This document shows positions 24,500 to 37,700 of a stretch of DNA of 64,000 bases, one piece after another. The DNA is from Eledone cirrhosa. Its lineage: Eukaryota. The stretch spans positions 135,904,001 through 135,968,000 of the forward strand of contig OZ024743.1 of NCBI GenBank assembly GCA_964016885.1, read 5' to 3'. Each line of letters opens with the position of its first letter. Position 1 is the first letter of the stretch. Under the pieces are notes generated by a model. It saw only the letters and a list, made by a program, of their open reading frames with translations, was not told where the DNA came from and searched no databases. A program made the translations under genes and the position numbers.

Positions 24500-27400
24500 G
24501 GTGCTTGGTGCTTGGTCCTTGGTGTTAGGTGCTGGGTGCTTTGTGTTTGGTGCTTGGTGCTTGGTGTTTGGTGTTTGCTGCTTGGTGCTTGATGCTTGGT
24601 GTTTGGTGCTTGGTGCTTGGTGCTTGGTGTTTGTACTTGGTGCTTAGTGCTTGGTGTTTGGTTCTTGGTTCTTGGTGTTTGGTGCTTGGCATTTGGTGTT
24701 TGGTGCTTGGTGCTTGGTGTTTGGTGCTTGGTGCTTGGTGTTTGGTGCCTGGTGCTTGGTGCTTGGTGCTTGGTGTTTGGAGTTTGGTGTTTGGTGCTTG
24801 GTGCTTGGTGCTTGGTCCTTGGTGTTTGGTGCTGGGTGCTTTGTGTTTGGTGATTGGTGCTTGGTGTTTGGTGTTTGCTGCTTGGTGTTTGATGCTTGGT
24901 GCTTGGTGTTTTGTGTTTGGTGCTTGGTGCTTGGTGTTTGGTGCTTGGTGCTTGGTGCTTGGTTTTTGTACTTGGTGCTTGGTGTTTGGTGTTTGGTTCT
25001 TGGTTCTTGGTGTTTGGTACTTGGTGCTTTGTGCTTGGTACTTGTTGTTAGGTATTTGGTGCTTGGTGTTAGGTGTTTGGTGCTTGGTGCTTGGTGTTTG
25101 GTGTTTGGTGCTTGGTGTTTGGTGTTTGGTTGTTGGTGTTTGGTGCTTGGAACTTGGTGCTTGGTGCTTGGTGTTAGGTGTTTGGTGCTTGGTGCTTGGT
25201 GTCTGGTTTTTGGTGCTTGGTGCTTGGTGTTTGGTGTTTGGTGCTTGCTGCTGGTTGCTTGGTGTTTGGTGCTTGATGATTGGTGCTTGGTGTTTGGGGC
25301 TTGGTGTTTGGTGTTTGGTGCTAGGTGCTTGGTGTTTGGTGCTTGGTGCTTGGTGTTTGTACTTGGTGCTTGGTGCTTGGTTCTTTGTGTTTGGTGCTTG
25401 GTGCTTGGTGTTTGGTGCTTGGTGCTTGGTGTTTGGTGCTTGGTGCTTGGTGCTTGGTGTTTGGTGCTTGGTGTTAGGTGTTTGGTGCTTGGTGCTTGGT
25501 GTTTGGTGTTTGGTGCTTGGTGCTTGGTGTTTGGTGCTTGGTGCTTGGTGTTTGGTGTTTGGTGTTTGGTGCTTGGTGCTTGGTGTTTGCTGTTTGCTGT
25601 TTGGTGTTTGTTGTTTGGTGTTTGTTGTTTGGTGTTTGCTGTTTGGTGTTTGGTGTTTGCTATTTGGTGTTTGGTGTTTGCTGTATGCTGTTTGCTGTTT
25701 GGTGTTTGGTGTTTGGTGTTTGGTGTTTGGTGTTTGGTGTTTGGTGCTTGGTGTTTGGTGCTTGGTGCTTGGTGTTTGGTGCCTGGTGCTTGGTGCTTGA
25801 TGCTTGGTGTTTGGTTTTTGGTGCTTGGTGCTTGGTGCTTGGTCCTTGGTGTTTGGTGCTGGGTGCTTTGTGTTTGGTGCTTGGTGCTTGGTGCTTGGTG
25901 TTTGGTGTTTGCTGCTTGGTGTTTGATGCTTGGTGCTTGGTGCTTGGTGTTTTGTGTTTGGTGCTTGGTGCTTGGTGTTTGGTGCTTGGTGCTTGGTGCT
26001 TGGTGTTTGTACTTGGTGCTTGGTGCTTGGTGTTTGGTTCTTGGTTCTTGGTGTTTGGTGTTTTGCGTTTGGTGTTTGGTGCTTGGTGTTTGGTGCTTGG
26101 TGCTTGGTGTTTGGTGCCTGGTGCTTGGTGCTTGGTGCTTGGTGTTTGGTGTTTGGTGCTTGGTGCTTGGAGTTTGGTGTTTGGTGCTTGGTGCTTGGTG
26201 CTTGGTCCTTGGTGTTTGGTGCAGGGTGCTTTGTGTTTGGTGATTGGTGCTTGGTGTTTGGTGTTTGCTGCTTGGTGCTTGGTGCTTGGTGTTTCTACTT
26301 GGTGCTTGGTGCTTGGTGTTTGGTTCTTGGTTCTTGGTTTTTGGTACTTGGTGCTTGGTGCTTGGTGCTTGATGTTTGGTGTTTGGTGCTTGGTGTTTGG
26401 TGCTTGGTGGTTGGTGCTTGGTGCTTGGTGCTTGGTGTTAGGTATTTGGTGCTTGGTGCTTGGTGTTTGGTGCTTGGTGTTTGGTGTTTGCTGTTTGGTG
26501 TTTGGTGTTTGCTGTTTGGTGTTTGCTGTTTGGTGTTTGGTGTTTGCTGTTTGGTGTTTGGTCTTTGGTGCTTGGTGCTTGGTGCTTGGTGTTTGGTGCT
26601 TGGTGCTTGGTGTTTTGTGTTTCGTGTTTGGTTTTTGGTGCTTGGTGCTTGGTGCTTGGTCCTTGGTGTTAGGTGCTGGGTGCTTTGTGTTTGGTGCTTG
26701 GTGCTTGGTGTTTGGTGTTTGCTGCTTGGTGCTTGATGCTTGGTGTTTGGTGCTTGGTGCTTGGTGCTTGGTGTTTGTACTTGGTGCTTAGTGCTTGGTG
26801 TTTGGTTCTTGGTTCTTGGTGTTTGGTGCTTGGCATTTGGTGTTTGGTGCTTGGTGCTTGGTGTTTGGTGCTTGGTGCTTGGTGTTTGGTGCCTGGTGCT
26901 TGGTGCTTGGTGCTTGGTGTTTGGAGTTTGGTGTTTGGTGCTTGGTGCTTGGTGCTTGGTCCTTGGTGTTTGGTGCTGGGTGCTTTGTGTTTGGTGATTG
27001 GTGCTTGGTGTTTGGTGTTTGCTGCTTGGTGTTTGATGCTTGGTGCTTGGTGTTTTGTGTTTGGTGCTTGGTGCTTGGTGTTTGGTGCTTGGTGCTTGGT
27101 GCTTGGTGTTTGTACTTGGTGCTTGGTGTTTGGTGTTTGGTTCTTGGTTCTTGGTGTTTGGTACTTGGTGCTTGGTGCTTGGTGCTTGTTGTTAGGTATT
27201 TGGTGCTTGGTGTTAGGTGTTTGGTGCTTGGTGCTTGGTGTTTGGTGTTTGGTGCTTGGTGTTTGGTGTTTGGTTGTTGGTGTTTGGTGCTTGGAACTTG
27301 GTGCTTGGTGCTTGGTGTTAGGTGTTTGGTGCTTGGTGCTTGGTGTCTGGTTTTTGGTGCTTGGTGCTTGGTGTTTGGTGTTTGGTGCTTGCTGCTGGTT

Positions 27401-28000
27401 GCTTGGTGTTTGGTGCTTGATGATTGGTGCTTGGTGTTTGGGGCTTGGTGTTTGGTGTTTGGTGCTAGGTGCTTGGTGTTTGGTGCTTGGTGCTTGGTGT
27501 TTGTACTTGGTGCTTGGTGCTTGGTTCTTTGTGTTTGGTGCTTGGTGCTTGGTGTTTGGTGCTTGGTGCTTGGTGTTTGGTGCTTGGTGCTTGGTGCTTG
27601 GTGTTTGGTGCTTGGTGTTAGGTGTTTGGTGCTTGGTGCTTGGTGTTTGGTGTTTGGTGCTTGGTGCTTGGTGTTTGGTGCTTGGTGCTTGGTGTTTGGT
27701 GTTTGGTGTTTGGTGCTTGGTGCTTGGTGTTTGCTGTTTGCTGTTTGCTGTTTGTTGTTTGGTGTTTGTTGTTTGGTGTTTGCTGTTTGGTGTTTGGTGT
27801 TTGCTATTTGGTGTTTGGTGTTTGCTGTATGTTGTTTGCTGTTTGGTGTTTGGTGTTTGGTGTTTGGTGTTTGGTGTTTGGTGTTTGGTGCTTGGTGTTT
27901 GGTGCTTGGTGCTTGGTGTTTGGTGCCTGGTGCTTGGTGCTTGATGCTTGGTGTTTGGTTTTTGGTGCTTGGTGCTTGGTGCTTGGTCCTTGGTGTTTGG
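24500..28000 (+). repeat. 2,144-bp higher-order unit ('C unit'), about 1.6 tandem copies
   Basis: ORF twins 24529/26673, 24651/26795 and 25478/27622 differ by 2144. Private marker TTGGAAC at 25147 and 27291. Confidence 0.88.
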
Positions 28001-28079
28001 TGCTGGGTGCTTTGTGTTTGGTGCTTGGTGCTTGGTGCTTGGTGTTTGGTGTTTGCTGCTTGGTGTTTGATGCTTGGTG

Positions 28080-29040
28080 CTTGGTGCTTGGTGTTTGGTG
28101 TTTGGTGCTTGGTGTTTGGTGTTTGGTGCTTGTTGCTTGGTGCTTGATGTTTGGTGCTTGGTGCTTGGTGTTTGGTGCTGGGTGCTTGGTGCTTGTTATT
28201 TGGTTTTTGGTGCTTGGTGCTTGGTGTTTGGTGTTTGGTGTTATATGCTTGGTGTTTGATGCTTGGTGCTTGGTGCTTGGTGTTTGGTGTTTGGTGTTTG
28301 GTGCTTGGTGCTTGGTGTTTGGTGCTTGGTGCTGAGTGGTTGGTGTTTGGTGCTTGGTGTTTGGTGCTGGGTGCTTGGTGTTTGGTGCTGGGTGCTTGGT
28401 GTTTGGTGCTTGGTGCTTGGTCTTTGGTGCTTGGTGTTTGGTGCTTGGTGCTTGGTGCTTGGTGTTTGGTGCTTGGTGCTTGGTGTTTGGTGCTTGGTGC
28501 TTGGTGTTTGCTGTTTGCTGTTTGGTGTTTGGTGTTTGGTGCTTGGTGTCTGGTGCTTGGTGTTTGGTGCTTGGTGTTTGGTGTTTGGTGCTTGGTGCTT
28601 GGTGTTTGGTGTTTGGTGCTTGGTGTTTGGTGTTTGGTGCTTGTTGCTTGGTGCTTGATGTTTGGTGCTTGGTGCTTGGTGTTTGGTGCTGGGTGCTTGG
28701 TGCTTGTTATTTGGTTTTTGGTGCTTGGTGCTTGGTGTTTGGTGTTTGGTGTTATATGCTTGGTGTTTGATGCTTGGTGCTTGGTGCTTGGTGTTTGGTG
28801 TTTGGTGTTTGGTGCTTGGTGCTTGGTGTTTGGTGCTTGGTGCTGAGTGGTTGGTGTTTGGTGCTTGGTGTTTGGTGCTGGGTGCTTGGTGTTTGGTGCT
28901 GGGTGCTTGGTGTTTGGTGCTTGGTGCTTGGTCTTTGGTGCTTGGTGTTTGGTGCTTGGTGCTTGGTGCTTGGTGTTTGGTGCTTGGTGCTTGGTGTTTG
29001 GTGCTTGGTGCTTGGTGTTTGCTGTTTGCTGTTTGGTGTT
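28080..29040 (+). repeat. 511-bp (73-unit) tandem duplication
   Basis: ORF twins 28151/28662, 28263/28774 and 28336/28847 differ by 511. Markers TTGTTAT, TATATGC and TGAGTGG are each doubled at this spacing. Confidence 0.85.
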
Positions 29041-32000
29041 TGTTGTTTGGTGTTTGTTGTTTGGTGTTTGCTGTTTGGTGTTTGGTGTTTGCTTTTTGGT
29101 GTTTGGTGTTTGCTGTATGTTGTTTGCTGTTTGGTGTTTGGTGTTTGGTGCCTGGTGCTTGGTGCTTGGTGCTTGGTGTTTGGTGTTTGGTGCTTGGTGC
29201 TTGGTGCTTGGTGTTTGGTGCTTGGTGCTTGGTGTTTTGTGTTTCGTGTTTGGTTTTTGGTGCTTGGTGCTTGGTGCTTGGTCCTTGGTGTTAGGTGCTG
29301 GGTGCTTTGTGTTTGGTGCTTGGTGCTTGGTGTTTGGTGTTTGCTGCTTGGTGCTTGATGTTTGGTGTTTGGTGCTTGGTGCTTGGTGCTTGGTGTTTGT
29401 ACTTGGTGCTTGGTGCTTGGTGTTTGGTTCTTGGTTCTTGGTGTTTGGTGTTTGGCATTTGGTGTTTGGTGCTTGGTGCTTGGTGTTTGGTGCTTGGTGC
29501 TTGGTGTTTGGTGCCTGGTGCTTGGTGCTTGGTGCTTGGTGTTTGGAGTTTGGTGTTTGGTGCTTGGTGCTTGGTGCTTGGTCCTTGGTGTTTGGTGCTG
29601 GGTGCTTTGTGTTTGGTGATTGGTGCTTGGTGTTTGGTGTTTGCTGCTTGGTGTTTGATGCTTGGTGCTTGGTGTTTTGTGTTTGGTGCTTGGTGCTTGG
29701 TGTTTGGTGCTTGGTGCTTGGTGCTTGGTGTTTGTACTTGGTGCTTGGTGTTTGGTGTTTGGTTCTTGGTTCTTGGTGTTTGGTACTTGGTGCTTGGTGC
29801 TTGGTGCTTGGTGTTAGGTATTTGGTACTTGGTGCTTCGTGTTTGGTGCTTGGTGTTTGGTGTTTGCTGTTTGGAGTTTGGTGTTTGGTGTTTGGTTTTG
29901 CTGTCTGGTGTCTGCTTTTTGGTGTTTAGTGTTTGCTGTATGGTGTTTGCTGTTTCGTGTTTGGTGTTTGCTGTTTGGTGTTTGGTCTTTGGTGCTTGGT
30001 GTTTGGTGCTTGGTGTTTGGTGTTTGGTGCTTGCTGCTTGGTGTTTGGTGTTTGGTGCTTGGTGCTTGGTGTTTGGTGTTTAGTGTTTGGTGCTTGGTGT
30101 CTGGTGCTTGGTGTTTGGTGTTTGGTGCTTGGTGTTTGGTGTTTGGTGATTGGTGCTTGGTGTTTGGTGTTTGCTGCTTGGTGTTTGATGCTTGGTGCTT
30201 GGTGTTTTGTGTTTGGTGCTTGGTGCTTGGTGTTTGGTGCTTGGTTCTTGGTGCTTGGTGTTTGTACTTGGTGCTTGGTGCTTGGTGTTTGGTTCTTGGT
30301 TCTTGGTGTTTGGTACTTGGTGCTTGGTGTTTGGTGTTTGCTGTTTGGTGTTTGGTGTTTGGTGTTTGGTGTTTGCTGTTTGGTGTCTGCTTTTTGGTGT
30401 TTAGTGTTTGCTGTATGGTGTTTGGTGTTTGGTGTTTGGTGTTTGGTGCTTGGTGTTTGGTGCTTGGTGCTTGGTGTTTGGTGCCTGGTGCTTGGTGCTT
30501 GATGCTTGGTGTTTGGTGTTTGGTGCTTGGTGCTTGGTGTTTCGTGATTGGTGCTTATTTTTTTGTGTTTCGTGTTTGGTTTTTGGTGCTTGGTGCTTGG
30601 TGCTTGGTCCTTGGTGTTTGGTGCTGGGTGCTTTGTGTTTGGTGCTTGGTGCTTGGTGCTTGGTGTTTGGTGTTTGCTGCTTGGTGTGTGATGCTTGGTG
30701 CTTGGTGCTTGGTGTTTTGTGTTTGGTGCTTGGTGCTTGGTGTTTGGTGCTTGGTGCTTGGTGCTTGGTGTTTGTACTTGGTGCTTGGTGCTTGGTGTTT
30801 GGTTCTTGGTTCTTGGTGTTTGGTGTTTTGCGTTTGGTTTTTGGTGCTTGGTGCTTGGTGTTTGGTGCTTGGTGCTTGGTGTTTGGTGCCTGGTGCTTGG
30901 TGCTTGGTGCTTGGTGTTTGGTGTTTGGTGCTTGGTGCTTGGAGTTTGGTGTTTGGTGCTTGGTGCTTGGTGCTTGGTCCTTGGTGTTTGGTGCTGGGTG
31001 CTTTGTGTTTGGTGATTGGTGCTTGGTGTTTGGTGTTTGCTGCTTGGTGTTTGATGCTTGGTGTTTTGTATTTGGTGCTTGGTGCTTGGTGTTTGGTGCT
31101 TGGTGCTTGGTGCTTGGTGTTTGGTGTTTGGTGCTTGGTGCTTGGTGCTTGGTGTTTGGTGCTTGGTGCTTGGTGTTTTGTGTTTCGTGTTTGGTTTTTG
31201 GTGCTTGGTGCTTGGTGCTTGGTCCTTGGTGTTAGGTGCTGGGTGCTTTGTGTTTGGTGCTTGGTGCTTGGTGTTTGGTGTTTGCTGCTTGGTGCTTGAT
31301 GCTTGGTGTTTGGTGCTTGGTGCTTGGTGCTTGGTGTTTGTACTTGGTGCTTGGTGCTTGGTGTTTGGTTCTTGGTTCTTGGTGTTTGGTACTTGGTGCT
31401 TGGTGCTTGGTGCTTGATGTTTGGTGTTTGGTGCTTGGTGTTTGGTGCTTGGTGCTTGGTGCTTGGTGCTTGGTGCTTGGTGTTAGGTATTTGGTGCTTG
31501 GTGCTTGGTGTTTGGTGCTTGGTGTTTGGTGTTTGCTGTTTGGTGTTTGGTGTTTGCTGTTTGGTGTTTGCTGTTTGGTATTTGGTGTTTGCTGTTTGGT
31601 GTTTGGTCTTTGGTGCTTGGTGTTTGGTGCTTGGTGTTTGGTGTTTGGTGCTTGGTGCTTGGTGTTTGGTGTTTGGTGCTTGGTGCCTGGTGTTTGGTGT
31701 TTGGTGTTTGGTGCTTGGTGTCTGGTGCTTGGTGTTTGGTGCTTGGTGTTTGGTGTTTGGTGCTTGGTGCTTGGTGTTTGGTGTTTGGTGCTTGGTGTTT
31801 GGTGTTTGGTGCTTGTTGCTTGGTGCTTGATGTTTGGTGCTTGGTGCTTGGTGTTTGGTGCTGGGTGCTTGGTGCTTGTTATTTGGTTTTTGGTGCTTGG
31901 TGCTTGGTGTTTGGTGTTTGGTGTTATATGCTTGGTGTTTGATGCTTGGTGCTTGGTGCTTGGTGTTTGGTGTTTGGTGTTTGGTGCTTGGTGCTTGGTG

Positions 32001-35000
32001 TTTGGTGCTTGGTGCTGAGTGGTTGGTGTTTGGTGCTTGGTGTTTGGTGCTGGGTGCTTGGTGTTTGGTGCTGGGTGCTTGGTGTTTGGTGCTTGGTGCT
32101 TGGTCTTTGGTGCTTGGTGTTTGGTGCTTGGTGCTTGGTGCTTGGTGTTTGGTGCTTGGTGCTTGGTGTTTGGTGCTTGGTGCTTGGTGTTTGCTGTTTG
32201 CTGTTTGGTGTTTGTTGTTTGGTGTTTGTTGTTTGGTGTTTGCTGTTTGGTGTTTGGTGTTTGCTTTTTGGTGTTTGGTGTTTGCTGTATGTTGTTTGCT
32301 GTTTGGTGTTTGGTGTTTGGTGCCTGGTGCTTGGTGCTTGGTGCTTGGTGTTTGGTGTTTGGTGCTTGGTGCTTGGTGCTTGGTGTTTGGTGCTTGGTGC
32401 TTGGTGTTTTGTGTTTCGTGTTTGGTTTTTGGTGCTTGGTGCTTGGTGCTTGGTCCTTGGTGTTAGGTGCTGGGTGCTTTGTGTTTGGTGCTTGGTGCTT
32501 GGTGTTTGGTGTTTGCTGCTTGGTGCTTGATGCTTGGTGTTTGGTGCTTGGTGCTTGGTGCTTGGTGTTTGTACTTGGTGCTTGGTGCTTGGTGTTTGGT
32601 TCTTGGTTCTTGGTGTTTGGTGTTTGGCATTTGGTGTTTGGTACTTGGTGCTTGGTGTTTGGTGCTTGGTGCTTGGTGTTTGGTGCCTGGTGCTTGGTGC
32701 TTGGTGCTTGGTGTTTGGAGTTTGGTGTTTGGTGCTTGGTGCTTGGTGCTTGGTCCTTGGTGTTTGGTGCTGGGTGCTTTGTGTTTGGTGATTGGTGCTT
32801 GGTGTTTGGTGTTTGCTGCTTGGTGTTTGATGCTTGGTGCTTGGTGTTTTGTGTTTGGTGCTTGGTGCTTGGTGTTTGGTGCTTGGTGCTTGGTGCTTGG
32901 TGTTTGTACTTGGTGCTTGGTGTTTGGTGTTTGGTTCTTGGTTCTTGGTGTTTGGTACTTGGTGCTTGGTGCTTGGTGCTTGGTGTTAGGTATTTGGTAC
33001 TTGGTGCTTCGTGTTTGGTGCTTGGTGTTTGGTGTTTGCTGTTTGGAGTTTGGTGTTTGGTGTTTGGTTTTGCTGTCTGGTGTCTGCTTTTTGGTGTTTA
33101 GTGTTTGCTGTATGGTGTTTGCTGTTTCGTGTTTGGTGTTTGCTGTTTGGTGTTTGGTCTTTGGTGCTTGGTGTTTGGTGCTTGGTGTTTGGTGTTTGGT
33201 GCTTGCTGCTTGGTGTTTGGTGTTTGGTGCTTGGTGCTTGGTGTTTGGTGTTTAGTGTTTGGTGCTTGGTGTCTGGTGCTTGGTGTTTGGTGTTTGGTGC
33301 TTGGTGTTTGGTGTTTGGTGATTGGTGCTTGGTGTTTGGTGTTTGCTGCTTGGTGTTTGATGCTTGGTGCTTGGTGTTTTGTGTTTGGTGCTTGGTGCTT
33401 GGTGTTTGGTGCTTGGTTCTTGGTGCTTGGTGTTTGTACTTGGTGCTTGGTGCTTGGTGTTTGGTTCTTGGTTCTTGGTGTTTGGTACTTGGTGCTTGGT
33501 GTTTGGTGTTTGCTGTTTGGTGTTTGGTGTTTGGTGTTTGGTGTTTGCTGTTTGGTGTCTGCTTTTTGGTGTTTAGTGTTTGCTGTATGGTGTTTGGTGT
33601 TTGCTGTTTGGTGTTTGGTCTTTGGTGCTTGGTGTTTGGTGCTCGGTGCTTGGTGTTTGGTATTCGGTGCTTGCTGCTTGGTGTTTGGTGCTTGGTGTTT
33701 GCTGCTTGGTGTTTGATGCTTGGTGCTTGGTGCTTGGTGTTTGGTGTTTGGTGTTTGGTGCTTGGTGTCTGGTGCTTGGTGTTTGGTGCTTGGTGTTTGG
33801 TGTTTGGTGCTTGGTGTTTGGTGTTTGGTGTTTGGTGCTTGGTGCTTGGTGTTTGGTGTTTGGTGTTTGGTGCTTGGTGTCTGGTGCTTGGTGTTTGGTG
33901 TTTGGTGCTTGGTGTTTGGTGTTTGGTGTTTGTTGCTTGGTGCTTGGTGCTTGGTGTTTGGTGTTTGGTGTTTGGTGCTTGGTGCTTGTGTTTGGTGCTT
34001 GGTGCTGAGTGGTTGGTGTTTGGTGCTTGGTGTTTGGTGCTGGGTGCTTGGTTTTTGGTCCTGGGTGCTTGGTGTTTGGTGCTTGGTGCTTGGTGCTTGG
34101 TGTTTGGTGCTTGGTGCTTGGTGTTTGGTGCTTGGTGCTTAGTGTTTGGTGCTAGGTGCTTGGTGTTTGGTGCTTGGTGTTTGGTGCTTGGTGCTTGGTG
34201 TTTGTTGTTTGGTGTTTGGTGCTTGGTGTTTGGTGCTTGGTGCTTGGTGTTTGGTGTTTGGTGCTTGGTGCTTGGTGCTTGGTGTTTGGTGTTTGGTGTT
34301 TGGTGCTTGGTGCTTGGTGTTTGGTGCTTGGTGCTGAGTGGTTGGTGTTTGGTGCTTGGTGTTTGGTGCTGGGTGCTTGGTTTTTGGTCCTGGGTGCTTG
34401 GTGTTTGGTGCTTGGTGCTTGGTGCTTGGTGTTTGGTGCTTGGTGCTTGGTGTTTGGTGCTTGGTGCTTAGTGTTTGGTGCTAGGTGCTTGGTGTTTGGT
34501 GCTTGGTGTTTGGTGCTTGGTGCTTGGTGTTTGGTGTTTGGTGTTTGGTGCTTGGTGCTTGGTGTTTGCTGTTTGCTGTTTGGTGTTTGTTGTTTGGTGT
34601 TTGTTGTTTGGTGTTTGCTGTTTGGTGTTTGGTGTTTGCTATTTGGTGTTTGGTGTTTGCTGTATGTTGTTTGCTGTTTGGTGTTTGGTGTTTGGTGTTT
34701 GGTGTTTGGTGTTTGGTGTTTGGTGCTTGGTGTTTGGTGCTTGGTGCTTGGTGTTTGGTGCCTGGTGCTTGGTGCTTGATGCTTGGTGTTTGGTTTTTGG
34801 TGCTTGGTGCTTGGTGCTTGGTCCTTGGTGTTTGGTGCTGGGTGCTTTGTGTTTGGTGCTTGGTGCTTGGTGCTTGGTGTTTGGTGTTTGCTGCTTGGTG
34901 TTTGATGCTTGGTGCTTGGTGCTTGGTGTTTTGTGTTTGGTGCTTGGTGCTTGGTGTTTGGTGCTTGGTGCTTGGTGCTTGGTGTTTGTACTTGGTGCTT

Positions 35001-35499
35001 GGTGCTTGGTGTTTGGTTCTTGGTTCTTGGTGTTTGGTGTTTTGCGTTTGGTGTTTGGTGCTTGGTGTTTGGTGCTTGGTGCTTGGTGTTTGGTGCCTGG
35101 TGCTTGGTGCTTGGTGCTTGGTGTTTGGTGTTTGGTGCTTGGTGCTTGGAGTTTGGTGTTTGGTGCTTGGTGCTTGGTGCTTGGTCCTTGGTGTTTGGTG
35201 CAGGGTGCTTTGTGTTTGGTGATTGGTGCTTGGTGTTTGGTGTTTGCTGCTTGGTGCTTGGTGCTTGGTGTTTCTACTTGGTGCTTGGTGCTTGGTGTTT
35301 GGTTCTTGGTTCTTGGTTTTTGGTACTTGGTGCTTGGTGCTTGGTGCTTGATGTTTGGTGTTTGGTGCTTGGTGTTTGGTGCTTGGTGGTTGGTGCTTGG
35401 TGCTTGGTGCTTGGTGTTAGGTATTTGGTGCTTGGTGCTTGGTGTTTGGTGCTTGGTGTTTGGTGTTTGCTGTTTGGTGTTTGGTGTTTGCTGTTTGGT

Positions 35500-37700
35500 G
35501 TTTGCTGTTTGGTGTTTGGTGTTTGGTGCTTGGTGCTTGGTGTTTGGTGCCTGGTGCTTGGTGCTTGATGCTTGGTGTTTGGTGTTTGGTGCTTGGTGCT
35601 TGGTGTTTCGTGATTGGTGCTTATTTTTTTGTGTTTCGTGTTTGGTTTTTGGTGCTTGGTGCTTGGTGCTTGGTCCTTGGTGTTTGGTGCTGGGTGCTTT
35701 GTGTTTGGTGCTTGGTGCTTGGTGCTTGGTGTTTGGTGTTTGCTGCTTGGTGTGTGATGCTTGGTGCTTGGTGCTTGGTGTTTTGTGTTTGGTGCTTGGT
35801 GCTTGGTGTTTGGTGCTTGGTGCTTGGTGCTTGGTGTTTGTACTTGGTGCTTGGTGCTTGGTGTTTGGTTCTTGGTTCTTGGTGTTTGGTGTTTTGCGTT
35901 TGGTTTTTGGTGCTTGGTGCTTGGTGTTTGGTGCTTGGTGCTTGGTGTTTGGTGCCTGGTGCTTGGTGCTTGGTGCTTGGTGTTTGGTGTTTGGTGCTTG
36001 GTGCTTGGAGTTTGGTGTTTGGTGCTTGGTGCTTGGTGCTTGGTCCTTGGTGTTTGGTGCTGGGTGCTTTGTGTTTGGTGATTGGTGCTTGGTGTTTGGT
36101 GTTTGCTGCTTGGTGTTTGATGCTTGGTGTTTTGTATTTGGTGCTTGGTGCTTGGTGTTTGGTGCTTGGTGCTTGGTGCTTGGTGTTTGGTGTTTGGTGC
36201 TTGGTGCTTGGTGCTTGGTGTTTGGTGCTTGGTGCTTGGTGTTTTGTGTTTCGTGTTTGGTTTTTGGTGCTTGGTGCTTGGTGCTTGGTCCTTGGTGTTA
36301 GGTGCTGGGTGCTTTGTGTTTGGTGCTTGGTGCTTGGTGTTTGGTGTTTGCTGCTTGGTGCTTGATGCTTGGTGTTTGGTGCTTGGTGCTTGGTGCTTGG
36401 TGTTTGTACTTGGTGCTTGGTGCTTGGTGTTTGGTTCTTGGCTCTTGGTGTTTGGTACTTGGTGCTTGGTGCTTGGTGCTTGATGTTTGGTGTTTGGTGC
36501 TTGGTGTTTGGTGCTTGGTGCTTGGTGCTTGGTGCTTGGTGCTTGGTGTTAGGTATTTGGTGCTTGGTGCTTGGTGTTTGGTGCTTGGTGTTTGGTGTTT
36601 GCTGTTTGGTGTTTGGTGTTTGCTGTTTGGTGTTTGCTGTTTGGTATTTGGTGTTTGCTGTTTGGTGTTTGGTCTTTGGTGCTTGGTGTTTGGTGCTTGG
36701 TGTTTGGTGTTTGGTGCTTGGTGCTTGGTGTTTGGTGTTTGGTGCTTGGTGCCTGGTGTTTGGTGTTTGGTGTTTGGTGCTTGGTGTCTGGTGCTTGGTG
36801 TTTGGTGCTTGGTGTTTGGTGTTTGGTGCTTGGTGCTTGGTGTTTGGTGTTTGGTGCTTGGTGTTTGGTGTTTGGTGCTTGTTGCTTGGTGCTTGATGTT
36901 TGGTGCTTGGTGCTTGGTGTTTGGTGCTGGGTGCTTGGTGCTTGTTATTTGGTTTTTGGTGCTTGGTGCTTGGTGTTTGGTGTTTGGTGTTATATGCTTG
37001 GTGTTTGATGCTTGGTGTTTGGTGCTTGGTGTTTGGTGTTTGGTGTTTGGTGCTTGGTGCTTGGTGTTTGGTGCTTGGTGCTGAGTGGTTGGTGTTTGGT
37101 GCTTGGTGTTTGGTGCTGGGTGCTTGGTGTTTGGTGCTGGGTGCTTGGTGTTTGGTGCTTGGTGCTTGGTCTTTGGTGCTTGGTGTTTGGTGCTTGGTGC
37201 TTGGTGCTTGGTGTTTGGTGCTTGGTGCTTGGTGTTTGGTGCTTGGTGCTTGGTGTTTGCTGTTTGCTGTTTGGTGTTTGTTGTTTGGTGTTTGTTGTTT
37301 GGTGTTTGCTGTTTGGTGTTTGGTGTTTGCTTTTTGGTGTTTGGTGTTTGCTGTATGTTGTTTGCTGTTTGGTGTTTGGTGTTTGGTGCCTGGTGCTTGG
37401 TGCTTGGTGCTTGGTGTTTGGTGTTTGGTGCTTGGTGCTTGGTGCTTGGTGTTTGGTGCTTGGTGCTTGGTGTTTTGTGTTTCGTGTTTGGTTTTTGGTG
37501 CTTGGTGCTTGGTGCTTGGTCCTTGGTGTTAGGTGCTGGGTGCTTTGTGTTTGGTGCTTGGTGCTTGGTGTTTGGTGTTTGCTGCTTGGTGCTTGATGCT
37601 TGGTGTTTGGTGCTTGGTGCTTGGTGCTTGGTGTTTGTACTTGGTGCTTGGTGCTTGGTGTTTGGTTCTTGGTTCTTGGTGTTTGGTACTTGGTGCTTGG
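35500..37700 (+). repeat. Copy of about 30.45-32.6 kb, offset 5,066 bp
   Basis: TTATTTT at 30555 and 35621. ORF twins 30695/35761, 31236/36302 and 31834/36900 differ by 5066. Confidence 0.85.

Larger units (their letters stand above)
18700..35500 (+). repeat. Block of about 5.6 kb (18.7-24.35 kb) repeated at 29.8-35.5 kb, offset 11,116 bp
   Basis: ORF twins 18723/29839, 19579/30695, 21895/33011 and 23359/34475 all differ by 11116. TTATTTT marker at 19439 and 30555. Confidence 0.9.
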